From IMG/VR virus record IMGVR_UViG_2713896779_000022: a DNA stretch of 35,191 nucleotides; one strand, written 5' to 3'. The stretch comes from a virus. Lineage: Duplodnaviria; Heunggongvirae; Uroviricota; Caudoviricetes. This document shows positions 34,247 to 35,191 of the stretch, piece after piece (position 1 is the first letter of the stretch; every line of letters begins with the position of its first letter). The notes below the pieces were generated by a model. It ran no database searches and had not been told where the DNA came from. It saw nothing but the letters and a program-made list of their open reading frames with translations. The translations under genes and the position numbers were made by a program.

Positions 34247-34358
34247 ATGTCGGTTCGTAAGATTCCATCAGGTAAATGGCTTTGCGAATGTTATCCCTAC
34301 GGGGCATCGGGAAAACGCATTCGTAAACAGTTTGCGACAAAAAGTGAGGCGCTTGAGG
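34247..34358 (+). pseudogene. int: P2-type tyrosine integrase, N-terminal ~37 codons only; truncated by IS insertion
   Basis: MSVRKIPSGKWLCECYPYGASGKRIRKQFATKSEALE resembles the P2 Int N-terminus (...GRNGKRIRRKFDKKSEAVAFEKY); frame runs into IS end TGTACTGG at 34359 and stops at TAG 34370-34372. Confidence 0.7.
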
Positions 34359-35191
34359 TGTACTGGCAATAGCGGACACTACCATTTGTTCTTTTTTTAA
34401 GCAGCCATCTGATGATATTTTTCCCTGAAGGCTGCCGGGGAGATATTCCCCAGACGAGAGTGACGACGCTGACGATTGTAGAAAATCTCAATGTATTCCC
34501 GTATTACTGAGATGGCTTCATCCCGGTTATTAAAACGATAGTGGCTCAGGCTCTCATTTTTCAGCGTTCCCCAGAAGCTTTCCATCGGAGCGTTGTCGTA
34601 ACAGTTACCTTTACGCGACATTGATGTTTTCAGACCAAACTGCTCCTGTATGACCCGGTAATCGTATGCGCAGTACTGTGAACCTCGATCAGAGTGGTGG
34701 ATTAGCCCGGCAGGTGGGCGCTGGCTCCTGAGCGCCATAAACAGAGCTTTACCTGTCAGCTCTTTTGTCATGCGCTCTCCCATGGCGTAGCCGACAATTT
34801 CGCACGTATAAACATCTTTGATGCCAGCGAGGTACAACCATCCCTCCTGTGTGGCAACATACGTCAGGTCCGCCACCCAGACCTGATTTGGTGCTGTAGG
34901 AGCGAACGTCTGGTTCAGCAGATTTGGCGCAACTGGCAGATTGTGGTTCGAGTTCGTAGTCGCTCTGAACTTGCGTTTCTGCTTACAGCGTAGCCTTAGC
35001 TCCTTACGAAGACGTGCCAGTCGGTCACGACCAACGATGATGCCATTCTCTGCCAGCTCCGTCTGGAGCCGCCGGGTTCCATATGTTTCGCGAGTGCGGA
35101 TATGTGCCACCTTAATCTCCAGTTTTAGCCGCTCATCACTTTGTTTTCTGTCTGAGGGTTCATGCTGTACCCAGTTGTAATAACCGCTCCT
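34359..35191 (-). mobile_element. IS3-family insertion sequence (distinct from the left-edge IS), inserted in int; continues beyond window
   Basis: Terminus begins TGTACTG at 34359 (IS3/IS150-type end); OrfB-like transposase on the minus strand stays open to the window edge. Confidence 0.8.
34397..35191 (-). CDS. IS3-family transposase OrfB (partial, N-terminal part and OrfA outside window)
   Basis: DDE-domain blocks (VWVADLTYV, HHSDRGSQY, CYDNAPMESFWGTLK); frame remains open upstream of the track start to position 35191. Confidence 0.85.
   Translation of the reverse strand, partial: RSGYYNWVQHEPSDRKQSDERLKLEIKVAHIRTRETYGTRRLQTELAENGIIVGRDRLARLRKELRLRCKQKRKFRATTNSNHNLPVAPNLLNQTFAPTAPNQVWVADLTYVATQEGWLYLAGIKDVYTCEIVGYAMGERMTKELTGKALFMALRSQRPPAGLIHHSDRGSQYCAYDYRVIQEQFGLKTSMSRKGNCYDNAPMESFWGTLKNESLSHYRFNNRDEAISVIREYIEIFYNRQRRHSRLGNISPAAFREKYHQMAA

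Larger units (their letters stand above)
1640..34358. mobile_element. P2-like temperate myovirus genome (prophage); exact att boundaries not resolved
   Basis: Contiguous P2-type gene set in P2 order (int, C, cox-like, A, cos region, Q, P, O, N, M, L, X, Y, K, lysB, lysC, R, S, V, W, J, I, H, G, [FI-U inverted], D, ogr). Confidence 0.85.

Overview
The window is dominated by a ~33-kb P2-like (Peduovirus-type) temperate myovirus genome, most likely a prophage, running from ogr (~1.6 kb) to an integrase gene that is cut off after ~37 codons by an IS3-family insertion (~34.36 kb). A second, different IS3-family element (IS629/IS3411-like) lies at the left edge, followed by a hok/mok-type type I toxin locus. 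All calls rest on by-eye protein resemblance and synteny with P2/186; no database search was run. Recognised modules: terminase/portal (P, Q), capsid (O, N, M, L), lysis (holin, M15-peptidase endolysin, overlapping spanins lysB/lysC), baseplate and tail fibre (V, W, J, I, H, G), sheath/tube/tape measure (FI, FII, E/E', T, U), D, ogr, replication initiator A, and the immunity switch (repressor C, Cox-like and RHH early genes). The most notable observations are: (1) a ParM/ParR actin-type partition cassette with parC-like repeats in the A-to-cos cargo hotspot, suggesting plasmid-like maintenance; (2) the FI-FII-E-T-U block is inverted relative to canonical P2 order; (3) AT-rich cargo in the lysogenic operon, including a gene that shares a duplicated peptide motif with the repressor tail and is split by an in-frame TGA; (4) a hexapeptide-repeat acetyltransferase at the Z/fun locus; (5) signs of decay (gpU frameshift, IS-truncated int); (6) a structured non-coding island with convergent terminators inside the early operon. 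No rRNA, tRNA or CRISPR array was found.
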